Positions 28,865 through 40,200 of a stretch of 64,000 nt of DNA are shown here, one piece after another. The first letter of the stretch is position 1. Every line of letters starts with the position of its first letter. Below the pieces are notes generated by a model, which had not been told where the DNA came from, searched no databases, and saw only the letters and a list, made by a program, of their open reading frames with translations. The stretch is from Verrucomicrobiota bacterium (GTDB taxonomy: Bacteria; Verrucomicrobiota; Verrucomicrobiia; Limisphaerales; AAA164-E04). A program made the position numbers and the translations under genes. The stretch covers positions 2,656,001-2,720,000 of the forward strand of contig CP170459.1 in NCBI GenBank assembly GCA_047947115.1, written 5' to 3'.

Positions 28865-29953
28865 ATGGTTCAATTGAACAACTTTCCCTCCCGCCCCATG
28901 CACGGTACTTACCTTAACCGTGTGGCAACTGCAGTGCCTGATTATGAATGTCATGAGACGTTTCTGAATGGACTCCCCACCATTCTTCCTCCTGAAAAGG
29001 TGAAAAGGCTGCAGCGAGTGGCTTCTCAGAGTCAGATTCAAAAGAGGTATTCGGTCCTCAACCCTCTCATTGGTGAAGCGGATCAGGATGCCTATTATCG
29101 ACCAGGGCGGTTTCCGTCCACCGGGGATCGCATGCAGACATATCGAAAAGAAGCACTGCCGCTTGCATCTCGCGCCATACGTGATCTGAATTTGTCAGAG
29201 GACGAACTGGAGGGTGTGACTCACCTGATCGTCACTTCCTGTACCGGTTTCTATGCTCCAGGGCTGGACATTGAGATCATACGGGAATGGAATCTGTCTC
29301 CGAGCGTGCGCCGGTTGTTGATCACTTACATGGGGTGTTACGCGGCCATCTCCGGATTGCGCGCCGCGCAGGATATCGTTCGGTCTCACCCGGAGGCAAG
29401 GGTGCTGATGGTGAATCTGGAATTGTGCAGTCTGCATCTTCAGGAATCGGCGCCCATGGATCGGTTGATCAGTTTTCTTTTGTTCGCCGATGGTTGTGCG
29501 GCCTCGCTGATCACTGCCGATGATGATGGATTTGAACTCATGGAGTTTCAATCCTCACTCGGTTTGAGTTCCCGAGATCGCATGCAATGGATGGTGGAAG
29601 ATCAGGGCTTTGCAATGACGCTGGATATCAGGGTGCCTTCCTTGATTCAGGAACTGCTGGATCGCGAAAAAGATGCCATTTTTAATCAGATGAGTCCGGA
29701 TCGGATCGGGATGTGGGCGGTGCACCCGGGGGGGCGGGCCATTCTGGATTCCATTCAATCATCATTTGATCTGAATCAATCTCTGATGGAGGCCTCCAGA
29801 GCGGTGCTCAGAGATTTTGGAAACATGTCATCAGCGACAGTCATGTTTGTGCTGGAATCGCTGCTGAAACAAAGGACAGGAACCAGGTCAGAGCCTGGAA
29901 TGGCCATGGCCTTTGGTCCGGGGTTGACCGTCGAATCCATGAGTTTTCGGTGA
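28865..29953 (+). CDS. Type III polyketide synthase (chalcone synthase-like)
   Basis: Catalytic triad in YMGCYAA, WAVHPGG and FGNMSS; VTSCTGFYAPG, ELCSLH, LFADG, AFGPGLTVE. Confidence 0.95.
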   Translation: MVQLNNFPSRPMHGTYLNRVATAVPDYECHETFLNGLPTILPPEKVKRLQRVASQSQIQKRYSVLNPLIGEADQDAYYRPGRFPSTGDRMQTYRKEALPLASRAIRDLNLSEDELEGVTHLIVTSCTGFYAPGLDIEIIREWNLSPSVRRLLITYMGCYAAISGLRAAQDIVRSHPEARVLMVNLELCSLHLQESAPMDRLISFLLFADGCAASLITADDDGFELMEFQSSLGLSSRDRMQWMVEDQGFAMTLDIRVPSLIQELLDREKDAIFNQMSPDRIGMWAVHPGGRAILDSIQSSFDLNQSLMEASRAVLRDFGNMSSATVMFVLESLLKQRTGTRSEPGMAMAFGPGLTVESMSFR

Positions 29954-30007
29954 TTCGATGCGCTTGACTTGTTGCATCCTGATTTCAAGTTCCTTTAAGA
30001 TACTCCC

Positions 30008-30703
30008 GTGAGAATTCTGCTGGCTGAAGACGAGTCCAAACTTGCCGCCTTTATTGAACGAGGTTTGAGTGAGGCCTCTTATGCCGTTGACAAGGCCGAG
30101 GATGGGGACGAGGCGCTGTGGTTTGCGGGTAACCATACCTACGATCTGGTCATCATGGATGTCATGATGCCGGGCAAGGACGGTTTTACGGTGGTCCGGC
30201 ATATGCGTCGGCAAGGGTTGGATGTGCCTGTTTTGTTTCTGACAGCTCGGGCTGAAGTCGAAAACCGTGTGCGCGGCCTGGATTCCGGGGGTGACGATTA
30301 TTTGACCAAACCTTTTTCCATGGAAGAGCTGTTGGCTCGTGTGCGCGCCTTGTTGCGTCGGCAGCGCAACCAGCAGGTCAACTTTCTCAAGGTGTCCGGA
30401 TTGGAAATGGACCTGGTGGCGCATGGGGTTCGAATCAATGGGAAAGCGGTCGAGCTGACCAATAAGGAATACGCGTTACTCGAACTGCTCGTTTCCCAGT
30501 CTCCGACACCTGTAACTAAAACTGCCATCGTCGAGAGGGTCTGGAACCAACATTTCGACTCAGGGACGAACCTGATCAATGTTTACATGAATCGGCTCCG
30601 GGGCAAAATTGCCGAAAATGGAGGCGGGCCTTTCATTCAAACCGTGCGTGGAGTGGGGTTCGCGCTGCTCCCTGAAGCCCCAGTGAACGCCCATGACGCT
30701 TAA
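30008..30703 (+). CDS. OmpR-family response regulator (CusR/CzcR-like)
   Basis: ILLAEDE, MDVMMPG, GDDYLTKPF, winged-helix ending TVRGVGF. Confidence 0.95.
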   Translation: MRILLAEDESKLAAFIERGLSEASYAVDKAEDGDEALWFAGNHTYDLVIMDVMMPGKDGFTVVRHMRRQGLDVPVLFLTARAEVENRVRGLDSGGDDYLTKPFSMEELLARVRALLRRQRNQQVNFLKVSGLEMDLVAHGVRINGKAVELTNKEYALLELLVSQSPTPVTKTAIVERVWNQHFDSGTNLINVYMNRLRGKIAENGGGPFIQTVRGVGFALLPEAPVNAHDA

Positions 30704-32054
30704 GACTCGTTTAGCCCTGTGGTACGGTGCGACTTTGTCGCTGTTATTCCTTCTGTTGCTGGCTGCTTTCAACTATGTGATTCATTGGCATTCGGTATCC
30801 GGAATGGACAGTCATCTGGACAAAACTTCCGAAAAGGTCAAAGAGATTGCCCAATTGACCCCCACCTTTGAACTACAAGAGCATGTTGAAAGCGAACTGA
30901 ATCAATACTGTGATACAGACGTGCGTGATGTGATGGTGCAGATGCACACGGAAGAAGGCGGCATGCTGTTTACCTCGCACAGTCTGAACAATCAGTTCCT
31001 GCCCGACCTTTCCGGAGCGGTCGAAGAGGGAGGGGATATCAAACGCCTCACCGTCGGGCATTTGCGGGTTTGCGAATATTACTTTTCCGATCTGCATCTG
31101 CAACTGGCGGTGGATGTGGCTTCCTGGGTGGCTCCGGCCCGTCATGTTCATCGCATTTCTGCACTTGCCGTGCCGGTCATTCTTTTCACCTGCTTGATTC
31201 TCGGCTATCTGGTCAGTTCACTCACGTTGCGTCCCTTGACACGCATTCAGAAAGCCGCAGCTTCCATCGATCTGGATTCACTCAATCAACGACTTGAAGA
31301 ACCAAGCGGCCGGGGCGAATTGAGCGATCTGTCCCGACTCTTTAATCAAATGCTTGAACGATTGGAACAGTCCTTCAAGCAAGTCCAACGTTTCACCGCC
31401 GATGCGGCGCATGAAATCAGAACGCCACTGACCGTCATGCGTCTGCAGGTAGAAAAATTGGGGCAACAGCAGCAAATCGATGATTCCACACGGGTGGCCC
31501 TGCAGGATCTCACCGAAGAAATCCTGCGATTGGACGAGGTGTTGGAACATCTGTTGGTATTGGCCAAAGCCGAGGCGGGGGTGCTGCCGTTGACGCGGAA
31601 GGAGATTGAAGTGGCACCTTTCATGGACAGCTTCGCAGAGGACGCCCAGGTGCTTTGCGAGCAGGAACAGCGAACGTTTGTGCTCAAAACAAACGCTTAC
31701 GGCAAGTGTGTCTTCGATGAATCGTGGATTCGTCAGGTTCTGTTCAATCTGCTTTCCAATGCCTTGAAATACAGCCCCCCCAATACCACCATCAGCATGG
31801 ACTCCACTTTGAAAGATCAACGTTGGATGGTTGAAATACGCGATCAGGGGCCCGGTGTTCCGGAGGATCGCCTTTCAAGTATCTTTGAACGATTTGTTCG
31901 GGCTCGACCAGAAGACATGCTCCGGTCCGGATCAGGTCTTGGGCTTGCCATTAGCAAGGGGATTGTCCACATGCATGGTGGAAAATTGATTTGCCACAAC
32001 ATTCCTTTACCTGATACCGGTTTCTGTGTTCAAATGGAACTACCACTCTGTTAG
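30693..32054 (+). CDS. Sensor histidine kinase with HAMP domain
   Basis: Two TMs, HAMP, FTADAAHEIRTPL, NLLSNALKY, DQGPG, GSGLGL. Confidence 0.95.
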   Translation: MTLKTRLALWYGATLSLLFLLLLAAFNYVIHWHSVSGMDSHLDKTSEKVKEIAQLTPTFELQEHVESELNQYCDTDVRDVMVQMHTEEGGMLFTSHSLNNQFLPDLSGAVEEGGDIKRLTVGHLRVCEYYFSDLHLQLAVDVASWVAPARHVHRISALAVPVILFTCLILGYLVSSLTLRPLTRIQKAAASIDLDSLNQRLEEPSGRGELSDLSRLFNQMLERLEQSFKQVQRFTADAAHEIRTPLTVMRLQVEKLGQQQQIDDSTRVALQDLTEEILRLDEVLEHLLVLAKAEAGVLPLTRKEIEVAPFMDSFAEDAQVLCEQEQRTFVLKTNAYGKCVFDESWIRQVLFNLLSNALKYSPPNTTISMDSTLKDQRWMVEIRDQGPGVPEDRLSSIFERFVRARPEDMLRSGSGLGLAISKGIVHMHGGKLICHNIPLPDTGFCVQMELPLC

Positions 32055-32247
32055 GTGAGCTTTTATGAAGATGTTGCGGATCTTGTTGCTTGTCAGTAGG
32101 ATGCAGGCGGTGGATTGGGGGTTGTGCGCTTGAATGCATCCTACTCGAAGTCACCGATCATGGATTGCACGGCTTGGCGAAACAGGGGCGTGTGATTTTG
32201 GATGCAAGACTGTGAATGACAAAATAAGAATCGTGAGTGACGAACCA

Positions 32248-33540
32248 ATGAGTTTAAGAGCCCTTTCATCGGGGTGGTTGGGATTTTTTCTGACTTTTTT
32301 TGGAGTTAACTTCTGGACCTGCAGTTTGCACGCGGATTCCGAAGCACGGTATCGGGTGGTTGTTTCCACTGATATTGGAGGGACGGATCCGGATGATATT
32401 CAGTCCATGGTGCATTTGTTGCTGTATGCCGATCGGTTAGATCTGGAGGGAATTGTTTCGTCCCCTTATGGGCCAGGACGTCGGGAACATATTCTGAAGG
32501 TGATTGATGCTTACGAGCTGGATCATCCTCGTTTGCTAACCCATTCCGAACGTTTTCCTTCGCCCGATACCCTGCGAGGTATCACGCGACAAGGTGCGAT
32601 CCATACACCCGGCCAGTCGGGCATTGCCGAGACGACGGAGGGTTCGGATTGGATTGTTCAGCGCGCGCGGCATCCGGATCCTCGACCCTTACATCTGCTT
32701 GTGTGGGGCGGTATTGAAGACCTGGCTCAGGCCTTGCATGATGCGCCCGATATTTTGCCAAAACTGCGTGTTTACTGGATCGGTGGGCCGAACAAGAAGT
32801 GGAGTGTCGACGCCTACAACTATATCGAACAACATCACCCCACACTGCGCATCATTGAAGCCAACGCGACCTATCGAGGTTGGTTTGTGGGGGGGAATCA
32901 AAGGTCACCGTGGGACAATGAGAGTTTTGTTCGGTTACATGTCGCCGGGCATGGAGCCTTGGGAGATCATTTTGTAAGGGCCAAGGATTCCCTGAAGATG
33001 GGCGATTCTCCATCGGTGGGCTGGTTGTTGCACGGGGATCCTGGCGATCCTTCCCAGCCAGGATGGGGCGGTCGCTTTGTGCGTATCTGGGATGACCGGA
33101 AATCAGTCTTTTATCAGCCGACCACCGAAGCGGATGTGGTGGAAGCCTTCGGTGTGACCGAATTCGTTTTACCCAAGCCGGAGGGTTACACTTCCGAACA
33201 CCGAGCCATCATGGTTTTCGATAACGGTCGACCTCCATCCGTCGGTGTGGACGAAGGCAAGGCCTTGCGATTTCGTTTTTCACCCAGAGACGCCAAGGTC
33301 TGGACTTATGTGATTGAAAGTGATTTTCCAGCGTTGGATGGAATGTCCGCAAAATTGGATGCTCAACCTGCTTCCATTGAAAAAACCAGCCGCGCTTCGA
33401 AACGCCATCCCAACTGGTGGATTGATGATCCGGATCCGGATCAGGCGGAAGGCGTACATCCCGGAGCCAGAAGTGTCAATCGATGGCGCGAAGATTTCCT
33501 GTCCGATTTTGCCAAACGCCTGGATTGGTGTTTACAGTGA
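32248..33540 (+). CDS. DUF1593 (nucleoside hydrolase-like) secreted protein
   Basis: RVVVSTDIGGTDPDDIQSMVHLLLY, VWGG, MGDSPS, GWGGRF, DFAKRLDW. Confidence 0.85.
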   Translation: MSLRALSSGWLGFFLTFFGVNFWTCSLHADSEARYRVVVSTDIGGTDPDDIQSMVHLLLYADRLDLEGIVSSPYGPGRREHILKVIDAYELDHPRLLTHSERFPSPDTLRGITRQGAIHTPGQSGIAETTEGSDWIVQRARHPDPRPLHLLVWGGIEDLAQALHDAPDILPKLRVYWIGGPNKKWSVDAYNYIEQHHPTLRIIEANATYRGWFVGGNQRSPWDNESFVRLHVAGHGALGDHFVRAKDSLKMGDSPSVGWLLHGDPGDPSQPGWGGRFVRIWDDRKSVFYQPTTEADVVEAFGVTEFVLPKPEGYTSEHRAIMVFDNGRPPSVGVDEGKALRFRFSPRDAKVWTYVIESDFPALDGMSAKLDAQPASIEKTSRASKRHPNWWIDDPDPDQAEGVHPGARSVNRWREDFLSDFAKRLDWCLQ

Positions 33541-33706
33541 TTGCAAAGGTTAACAGTAATCCTCCTTATAGATGTGAATAGAAGCGTATGTCGTCTTTTA
33601 CTGTTTTTACAAATGAAGGACGTCATTGAACGATTTTTAGCTCAATTTCTTGTCTGCGTGTCATTCGTTGATAAGATGATGTTCACACCCTGTAATTGAC
33701 GATTAA

Positions 33707-35134
33707 GTGATGAAATGGATTTCTCAACTCACGCTGGTGGCAGTGTTGTTTGCTTTTGGTAGTGGTTCCGTTGTTGCAAAAGAGCGCTTGTTTGTTCTGA
33801 CGGATATTGAGAACGAACCGGACGATGCGCAGTCCATGGTTCGGTTGCTGACCTATGCCAATCACTTTGATATCGAAGGTCTGGTGGCCACCACTTCTAT
33901 CCATCAGCGTGATCAGACTGCGGCCTGGCGTATTCGGGAAATTGTGGATGCTTACCGGAAGGTGCAGGCGAATCTCAGTCTGCACGAACCGGGTTATCCC
34001 ACCGCCGATGCTCTGCTTTCGGTTTTGCGCGAAGGGCGGCCTGATTACGGCATGAACGCCGTTGGGGAGGGGATGGATTCCTCCGGTTCGGATTGGCTGA
34101 TCGAGGTGGCAGACCGGGATGAGGATCGTCCTTTGTGGGTCACGGTCTGGGGTGGTCCCAATGTGTTGGCGCAGGCGCTCTGGAAAGTGCGCGCCACGCG
34201 TTCAGTTGAAGAACTTGCGAAGTTTGTGGCCAGGTTGAGGGTGTACACCATTTCCGATCAGGACAACACTGGACCCTGGATTCGCAAGACCTTTCCCGAT
34301 CTCTTTTACATCGCCAGTCCGGGCATGCATACAGGTGGTGCATATCATCATGCCACTTGGAGCGGCATCAGTGGGGACAAATTTCATGCGCGATTTACCG
34401 GAGCGGATTTCAGTTTGGTGAACAACTATTGGGTGGATCACAACATTCGCCGTCATAAAGGTCCACTCGGAGCGGAGTATCCGCGTATCGAATTTCTCAT
34501 GGAAGGCGATACCCCCAGTTTTCTGGGCTTGGTCGAGAATGGATTGAACACACCCGGCAAACCACATTGGGGAAGTTGGGGAGGGCGTTATGAGTTCTAC
34601 ACTCCACGTTATCAGCGATGGCATCAGGAGCCGGAGACTCGTCCCTTCTGGACCAATGCGGAAGATGAGGTCATGGGAGTGGATGGTAACTGGCACCAGA
34701 CGAATCATGCCACCATCTGGCGATGGCGTTCCGCATATCAGAATGATTTTGCAGCGCGGATGAACTGGGGGACGCAATCTTACGAAGAAGCAAATCATCC
34801 TCCGGTGGTGAAGTTGGGTCATTCAAACGAACTCAAGGCATCCAAAGGTGATAGCGTTCGACTTAGCGCCGAGGGCTCTACGGATCCTGATGGAGATGCA
34901 CTCTCTTACAACTGGTTTTACTATCCGGAAGTCGGTACGTTCACCACATCCAGCGGAACCAGTGGGCAACCCGTTAAGATCAAGAACTTCGATCAAAGAG
35001 ACGCTTCGTTCGTTGTTCCGAGCGGACGTGTGATGCCACCTGGAACAGGGACGATGCACATCATCCTGGAAGTCACGGATCATGGCTCGCCACGGTTGAC
35101 GCGATATGGACGAGTGATTGTGAATGTAGAATAG
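33707..35134 (+). CDS. DUF1593 protein with C-terminal Ig-like domain
   Basis: [58 protein letters not shown]. Confidence 0.88.
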   Translation: MMKWISQLTLVAVLFAFGSGSVVAKERLFVLTDIENEPDDAQSMVRLLTYANHFDIEGLVATTSIHQRDQTAAWRIREIVDAYRKVQANLSLHEPGYPTADALLSVLREGRPDYGMNAVGEGMDSSGSDWLIEVADRDEDRPLWVTVWGGPNVLAQALWKVRATRSVEELAKFVARLRVYTISDQDNTGPWIRKTFPDLFYIASPGMHTGGAYHHATWSGISGDKFHARFTGADFSLVNNYWVDHNIRRHKGPLGAEYPRIEFLMEGDTPSFLGLVENGLNTPGKPHWGSWGGRYEFYTPRYQRWHQEPETRPFWTNAEDEVMGVDGNWHQTNHATIWRWRSAYQNDFAARMNWGTQSYEEANHPPVVKLGHSNELKASKGDSVRLSAEGSTDPDGDALSYNWFYYPEVGTFTTSSGTSGQPVKIKNFDQRDASFVVPSGRVMPPGTGTMHIILEVTDHGSPRLTRYGRVIVNVE

Positions 35135-35272
35135 GAAGTTTTCAATGGTGGTCACGCAGTCAGGATCTTACCGATATTTCCGCTAGTGTCAGCTATGCGG
35201 TTGTTGGGATGGCGGATGCGGTAAGGATTTCCCTCGTGAGGTGAGATGCAGGGTAGGGATATCCTAAGGTTT

Positions 35273-35299
35273 GCGCGCCGAGACGCCACGCTCTACCTG
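35273..35299 (-). repeat. Degenerate solo GTAG-REP related to the 9.4-10.1 kb array
   Basis: CGCGCCGAGACGCCACGCTCTACCTG versus the array end CGCGCCGGGGACGGCACGAACTACCTG. Confidence 0.55.
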
Positions 35300-35341
35300 C
35301 TAGGACCATTCATTCACTATTCACTATTTTAAATTCACCAT

Positions 35342-36826
35342 TTAAACCTCTTCCCATCCTCGTGATCGGCTGAGTGCTTTTTGCCAACCTGCGGTGAGGG
35401 ATTTGACTTGTTTGGTGTTCATGCCGGGATTGAATTGTGCGTCCACCTGCCATTGCTTTGAAATATCCGCCTTATCTTTCCAATAGCCGACCGCGAGTCC
35501 GGCCAGATAGGCTGCGCCAAGCGCCGTGGTTTCGGACACTTTGGGGCGTAACACGGGAACTCCGAGCAGATCTGATTGGAACTGCATGAGCAGGTTGTTC
35601 ATGGAGGCTCCACCATCGACACGAAGTTCGGTAAGGTTTAATCCTGCATCCTTTTCCATGGCTTTGACGACGTCACCCACTTGATAGGCTATGCCTTCCA
35701 ATGCGGCGCGTGCTATGTGTCCGGCGTTGCTGCCACGGGTGAGTCCGACGATGGCACCACGCGCATACTGGTCCCAGTGCGGCGCTCCGAGTCCGGCAAA
35801 TGCAGGCACCAGATAAACACCGCCGTTGTCCTTGACTGATTTTGCGAGCGTTTCGATGTCGGCGGATTTCCGGATCAAACCAAGCTCGTCGCGCAGCCAT
35901 TGTGTGACGGCTCCTGCAATGAAAATGCTGCCTTCCAGAGCATATTCGGTTTCCTTTCCGATTTTCCAGGCTACCGTCGAGAGCAGATTGTTCTTTGAAA
36001 TCTTGGGGCGGTTGCCGGTATGCATGAGCATGAAACAACCGGTGCCGTACGTGTTTTTTACCATGCCAGGAGAGGAACAGGCCTGACCAAACAGAGCCGC
36101 CTGTTGATCCCCTGCGATACCTGCCACCGGAATGCTGCCTCCCAGAACGCTGGTTTCGAAATACACTTCGCTGGAAGAACGGACCTCGGGCAGCATGGAC
36201 CGCGGCACTTCAAAGAGTTCCAGCAGGGAGTCATCCCAGTCACCTTTTTTCAAATTGAACAGGAGCGTGCGGCTTGCGTTGGTGGCGTCTGTAAAATGAT
36301 GCTGACCGTTTGAGAGCTTCCATAACAGCCAGGTGTCCACCGTGCCAAAGGCGAGGCGACCGTTATTGGCAAGTTTCCTGGCACCTTTGACGTTCTCGAG
36401 GATCCACCGGACTTTTGTGCCCGAAAAATATGCATCTAATACGAGACCGGTATTTTTTTGAATCATGCCTGAAAGCCCCGAGTCACGCAGTTCGTCGCAG
36501 AATTTTGAAGTTCGCCGGTCCTGCCAGACAATGGCATTGTGGATGGGTTCGCCGGTTTCACGATCCCAGACGATGGTGGTTTCTCGCTGATTGGTGATGC
36601 CGATGCCTGCGATGTCTTTGGGGCTCAGTCCGGCTTGTCGTAAGGCTCGTTTGGCGACCTGCAACTGGCTGCTCCAGATTTCCTGCGGATCATGTTCGAC
36701 CCAGCCGGGTTTTGGGTATATCTGTTCGAATTCCTTTTGTGCGACAGCCTTGATGCTTCCTTTTTTATCAAAGACGATGGCGCGGGAACTGGTTGTTCCC
36801 TGGTCAAATGCGAGAATGTATTTCAT
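35342..36826 (-). CDS. glpK: Glycerol kinase
   Basis: [50 protein letters not shown]. Confidence 0.97.
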   Translation of the reverse strand: MKYILAFDQGTTSSRAIVFDKKGSIKAVAQKEFEQIYPKPGWVEHDPQEIWSSQLQVAKRALRQAGLSPKDIAGIGITNQRETTIVWDRETGEPIHNAIVWQDRRTSKFCDELRDSGLSGMIQKNTGLVLDAYFSGTKVRWILENVKGARKLANNGRLAFGTVDTWLLWKLSNGQHHFTDATNASRTLLFNLKKGDWDDSLLELFEVPRSMLPEVRSSSEVYFETSVLGGSIPVAGIAGDQQAALFGQACSSPGMVKNTYGTGCFMLMHTGNRPKISKNNLLSTVAWKIGKETEYALEGSIFIAGAVTQWLRDELGLIRKSADIETLAKSVKDNGGVYLVPAFAGLGAPHWDQYARGAIVGLTRGSNAGHIARAALEGIAYQVGDVVKAMEKDAGLNLTELRVDGGASMNNLLMQFQSDLLGVPVLRPKVSETTALGAAYLAGLAVGYWKDKADISKQWQVDAQFNPGMNTKQVKSLTAGWQKALSRSRGWEEV

Positions 36827-36851
36827 GCGATAATGATGCGTTGAGTTGATT

Positions 36852-37592
36852 TCAGGCTGTGACCCAAAGGAGTTTGTAAACAACTGCGCCTATGATGCCG
36901 CCGATAATCGGTCCCACCACTGGAATCCAGGCATATGACCAGTCGTTGTCACCTTTCCCTGGAATGGGAAGGATGGCGTGGGCAATTCTTGGCCCCAGGT
37001 CCCTGGCCGGGTTGATGGCATAGCCTGTCGGACCGCCGAGCGAAAGCCCGATCGAAAACACCAGTAATCCAACCAAAAGCGGGCCCATTCCAGAGTCAAA
37101 ACCTGAACCGGCAACGAGGTTGTCCGGACGCAATATCGTGAGGACACCAAGCACCAGAACGAAAGTGCCGATGATTTCACAGATCAGATTGCTGATTGTG
37201 TTGCGAATGGCAGGTGCGGTGCAGAAGGTGGCGCGTTTTGCATCCTGGTCGGGGGTTTCCTTCCAGTGTGGAAGATAGGTCATCCATACCAGTACCGAAC
37301 CCATCACCGCACCGATTATCTGGGCGAGGATGTAGCCCGGAACCTGCCCCCAGGAAAAGTCTCCCTGGCTGATGGTTGCCATGGCGATCGTTACCGCCGG
37401 GTTCAAATGGGCGCCGCTGATGGCTCCTACCATGTAAACCGCCACCGCCACCGCAAGGCCCCATCCGGCGGTTATGACGATCCAGCCGCCCTGGTGGCTT
37501 TTGGACTTTTGTAGAACAACTCCAGCGACGACACCATTGCCCAGGAGGACAAGGATCATCGTACCGATGATTTCAGCCATGAACAGATTCAT
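36852..37592 (-). CDS. glpF: Glycerol uptake facilitator (MIP family)
   Basis: [10 protein letters not shown] and GYAINPARD (two NPA motifs, aquaglyceroporin D); directly upstream of glpK. Confidence 0.95.
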   Translation of the reverse strand: MNLFMAEIIGTMILVLLGNGVVAGVVLQKSKSHQGGWIVITAGWGLAVAVAVYMVGAISGAHLNPAVTIAMATISQGDFSWGQVPGYILAQIIGAVMGSVLVWMTYLPHWKETPDQDAKRATFCTAPAIRNTISNLICEIIGTFVLVLGVLTILRPDNLVAGSGFDSGMGPLLVGLLVFSIGLSLGGPTGYAINPARDLGPRIAHAILPIPGKGDNDWSYAWIPVVGPIIGGIIGAVVYKLLWVTA

Positions 37593-37697
37593 AAGGGATG
37601 GGGGCAGCGTATGGGATGGGTCATAGCCGGGCAAGCGCAATCATTGGCAAGTTTCCAGCATTGATCCCTCCAGGGCTTTTGTTTCATACTGACCCGA

Positions 37698-39347
37698 ATG
37701 GACTCGACCATCACACCTGAACAAGTGCGGATATTCACCATCCTGGTGCGTATCGGATTCTTCTGTGGTGTGGCCTGGGTGTTGTGGATGTTGATTGTCA
37801 AGAATGCCGACGTCCGCAAAAGCAACAAGGCGGTCAAGACCCCAAAACTTCAGCGTGTCAGGTTGGTGAGTTGGGTTTTGGTCTTCGCGTTCATGGGGAT
37901 TCTGGTTTACCAGGCAACCTGGCAGCTGGGCGGATTTCTGCGGCCTCGATTTCTGGCTTTCATGCAAAAACATGACCGTCGAAAGTTTAACCCTGCCCTT
38001 CAGGTACAGCGGGGCATCCTCTTTGACCGAAATGGCGCCCCGTTGGTCGAGAATCAAAAAAAGGACGGCATGGTAGAACGTCGGTATCCTTTGGGGCCGG
38101 CGGCGGCTCATCTCGTGGGGTATTTTGATCGGGTGTTTGGAGTGAATGGACTGGAGGCCATCGCCGATCCCGTGCTTTCCGGTCTCCAGGATATCTCAAC
38201 GGATGACTGGGAATCAGTCAGCAAAAAACTGCTGACTCGAAAGAAAATTCCCCAGGGCAAAAACCTCAAACTCACGCTGGATGCCAGATTGCAGCAAAGT
38301 ATTTACGCACAGCTGGCAGCGGGCCGATATGGCAACTCGGCCAAGCCGGCGGCCGGACAGCCATATCGTGGGGCCGTGGTGGTGTTGGATGTCCGTGATG
38401 GATCTGTTCTTGCGGCATGCAGTGCCCCTTCTTTTGATCCCAACAAGCTGTCTCGAACCACTTTTTCAAACCCGCAATCCGGGTCGCCTTTGTTCAATCG
38501 GGCGTTGCGCGGGCTTTATCCTCCCGGCTCCGTTTTTAAAGTCGCCATCGGTTCGTATTATCTGGAAAAGACACTTTTGGGGGCGGGGTATCCTCTGACC
38601 ATTGACTGCGGTTCTGAATATCGCACCCCGGACGGGCAAGGAATTATCCGTGATCTCAGTTATTACAGCTATCAGGCCCGAGGCAAGGAATGGCCGGGCT
38701 TTGGGGTGATCGATTTGGGGACGGCCATCGAACAATCCTGTAATGTTTATTTTGCACAGGTAGGGGTGACGATCGGCAAGGATGGATTCGACTGGTTGCG
38801 GCGTCTGATGCGATTTGATCAATCATTGAATTTGTATGAAGGACCTCTGGACCGTTTGGAGTCGGCCGTTTCACGGTTTCCGGAATTGTCTCTCAACGAT
38901 TCCTTCAGCATGGCGTTGATGGGGATTGGGCAGGGTGAGTTGATGGTGACTCCCATACACATGGCCATGGTGGCTGCTGCGGTTGCCAACAATGGGTTGT
39001 TGATGGAACCCCGTCTGACTTTTCAGCAACCGCTGAAAGAGTTGGGGCGTGCGATGAGCGAACGAACGGCGATTCATATGCGTGAGATGATGGCACGCGT
39101 TGTGACTGACGGAACCGCCGAAAAAGCGTTTGAAGGATTCTACATGACAGCCGGAGGCAAAACCGGCTCCGCGCAAAATCCGTTGGGTGATTCACACGCA
39201 TGGTTCATAGGTTACGCACCAGTCGAACGTCCGCAAATCGCTGTGAGTGTTGTCGTGGAGAACGGAGGATACGGAGGCAGTACCGCAGCGCCTATTGCCC
39301 GTCATGCCATGGATCAGGCTGTGCGGTTGAATTTGGTTCGGCCGTGA
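37698..39347 (+). CDS. Penicillin-binding protein, class B transpeptidase (PbpA-like)
   Basis: RGILFDRNG, RRYP, PGSVFK (SxxK), SCN (SxN), GKTGSAQ, HAWF. Confidence 0.9.
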   Translation: MDSTITPEQVRIFTILVRIGFFCGVAWVLWMLIVKNADVRKSNKAVKTPKLQRVRLVSWVLVFAFMGILVYQATWQLGGFLRPRFLAFMQKHDRRKFNPALQVQRGILFDRNGAPLVENQKKDGMVERRYPLGPAAAHLVGYFDRVFGVNGLEAIADPVLSGLQDISTDDWESVSKKLLTRKKIPQGKNLKLTLDARLQQSIYAQLAAGRYGNSAKPAAGQPYRGAVVVLDVRDGSVLAACSAPSFDPNKLSRTTFSNPQSGSPLFNRALRGLYPPGSVFKVAIGSYYLEKTLLGAGYPLTIDCGSEYRTPDGQGIIRDLSYYSYQARGKEWPGFGVIDLGTAIEQSCNVYFAQVGVTIGKDGFDWLRRLMRFDQSLNLYEGPLDRLESAVSRFPELSLNDSFSMALMGIGQGELMVTPIHMAMVAAAVANNGLLMEPRLTFQQPLKELGRAMSERTAIHMREMMARVVTDGTAEKAFEGFYMTAGGKTGSAQNPLGDSHAWFIGYAPVERPQIAVSVVVENGGYGGSTAAPIARHAMDQAVRLNLVRP

Positions 39348-39450
39348 ATGGATGCATGGTGAAGTAGCATCACGACTTGAGGGCAGGTAAGTCCCCGATA
39401 TCATTGGGATCCCGAACTGCCCGCTGCGGTTGTCGGGGGTGATACGCCTG

Positions 39451-40173
39451 TTATCTTCCCAAAGGAAGTCGTTCTGCCAGGCGTTCCGGGAGTCCGGCCT
39501 CGCGGATTTTGCGCATGGTGGTTTCCATGTCGTAATCCAGACGGCGGAGTTCGATGGTGCTTTCTTTGAGATCGAAGATCACGTAGGTGGCTTTAGGGAC
39601 ACCGTCACGTGACTGGCCGACGCTGCCGACGTTGACAAAATATTTTTTGCCCGGTTCCACCTTGAATTTGGAATAAGTGCCACCACGGATGGTGGTGTCC
39701 CGGACGAAAGCGACGGGCACATGGGTGTGGCCGAAGAAACACACTTTGGTGTTTTGGTAGGTGAAACTGGATGCGGCTTCGAGTTTGTTGAATACGTAAC
39801 CCCAACGTTCTGGAGCGTCTAAAGTGGCATGGACAATGGAAAAATTGGCCACCAGTCTGAAATACTTCAGTTCGCGTAACCAGGTGCGATCGTCCTCCGT
39901 GAGTTTGTCCTGGGTCCACTCGATGGCAGCTTTGGCGTGGGGGTTGAATCCCTCCAGATCCCCCTCCATGGAGCAATATTCATCATGGTTGCCTTTCACA
40001 CAGGGCATGCCCATTTCTCGGACGATGTCCAGGCATTCCTTGGGATTTGCGTTATAGCCAACAACGTCGCCTAAGCAGGCGTAATGTGTACATTCATTCG
40101 CTTCGGCATCTTTCAATACCGTTTGGAACGCTTCCAAATTCCCGTGGATGTCTGCGATGATCGCGTATTTCAT
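39451..40173 (-). CDS. Metallophosphoesterase (calcineurin-like)
   Basis: ADIHGN, LGDVVGY, GNHD, FGHTH, NVGSVGQ. Confidence 0.93.
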   Translation of the reverse strand: MKYAIIADIHGNLEAFQTVLKDAEANECTHYACLGDVVGYNANPKECLDIVREMGMPCVKGNHDEYCSMEGDLEGFNPHAKAAIEWTQDKLTEDDRTWLRELKYFRLVANFSIVHATLDAPERWGYVFNKLEAASSFTYQNTKVCFFGHTHVPVAFVRDTTIRGGTYSKFKVEPGKKYFVNVGSVGQSRDGVPKATYVIFDLKESTIELRRLDYDMETTMRKIREAGLPERLAERLPLGR

Positions 40174-40200
40174 TACCTGTTTTGTCCCAATAAAATCAAA

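Noticed and set aside
39384..39450. Structured RNA between the PBP and phosphoesterase genes
   Set aside because: Only a loose imperfect hairpin between convergent genes; more simply a terminator or decayed repeat.
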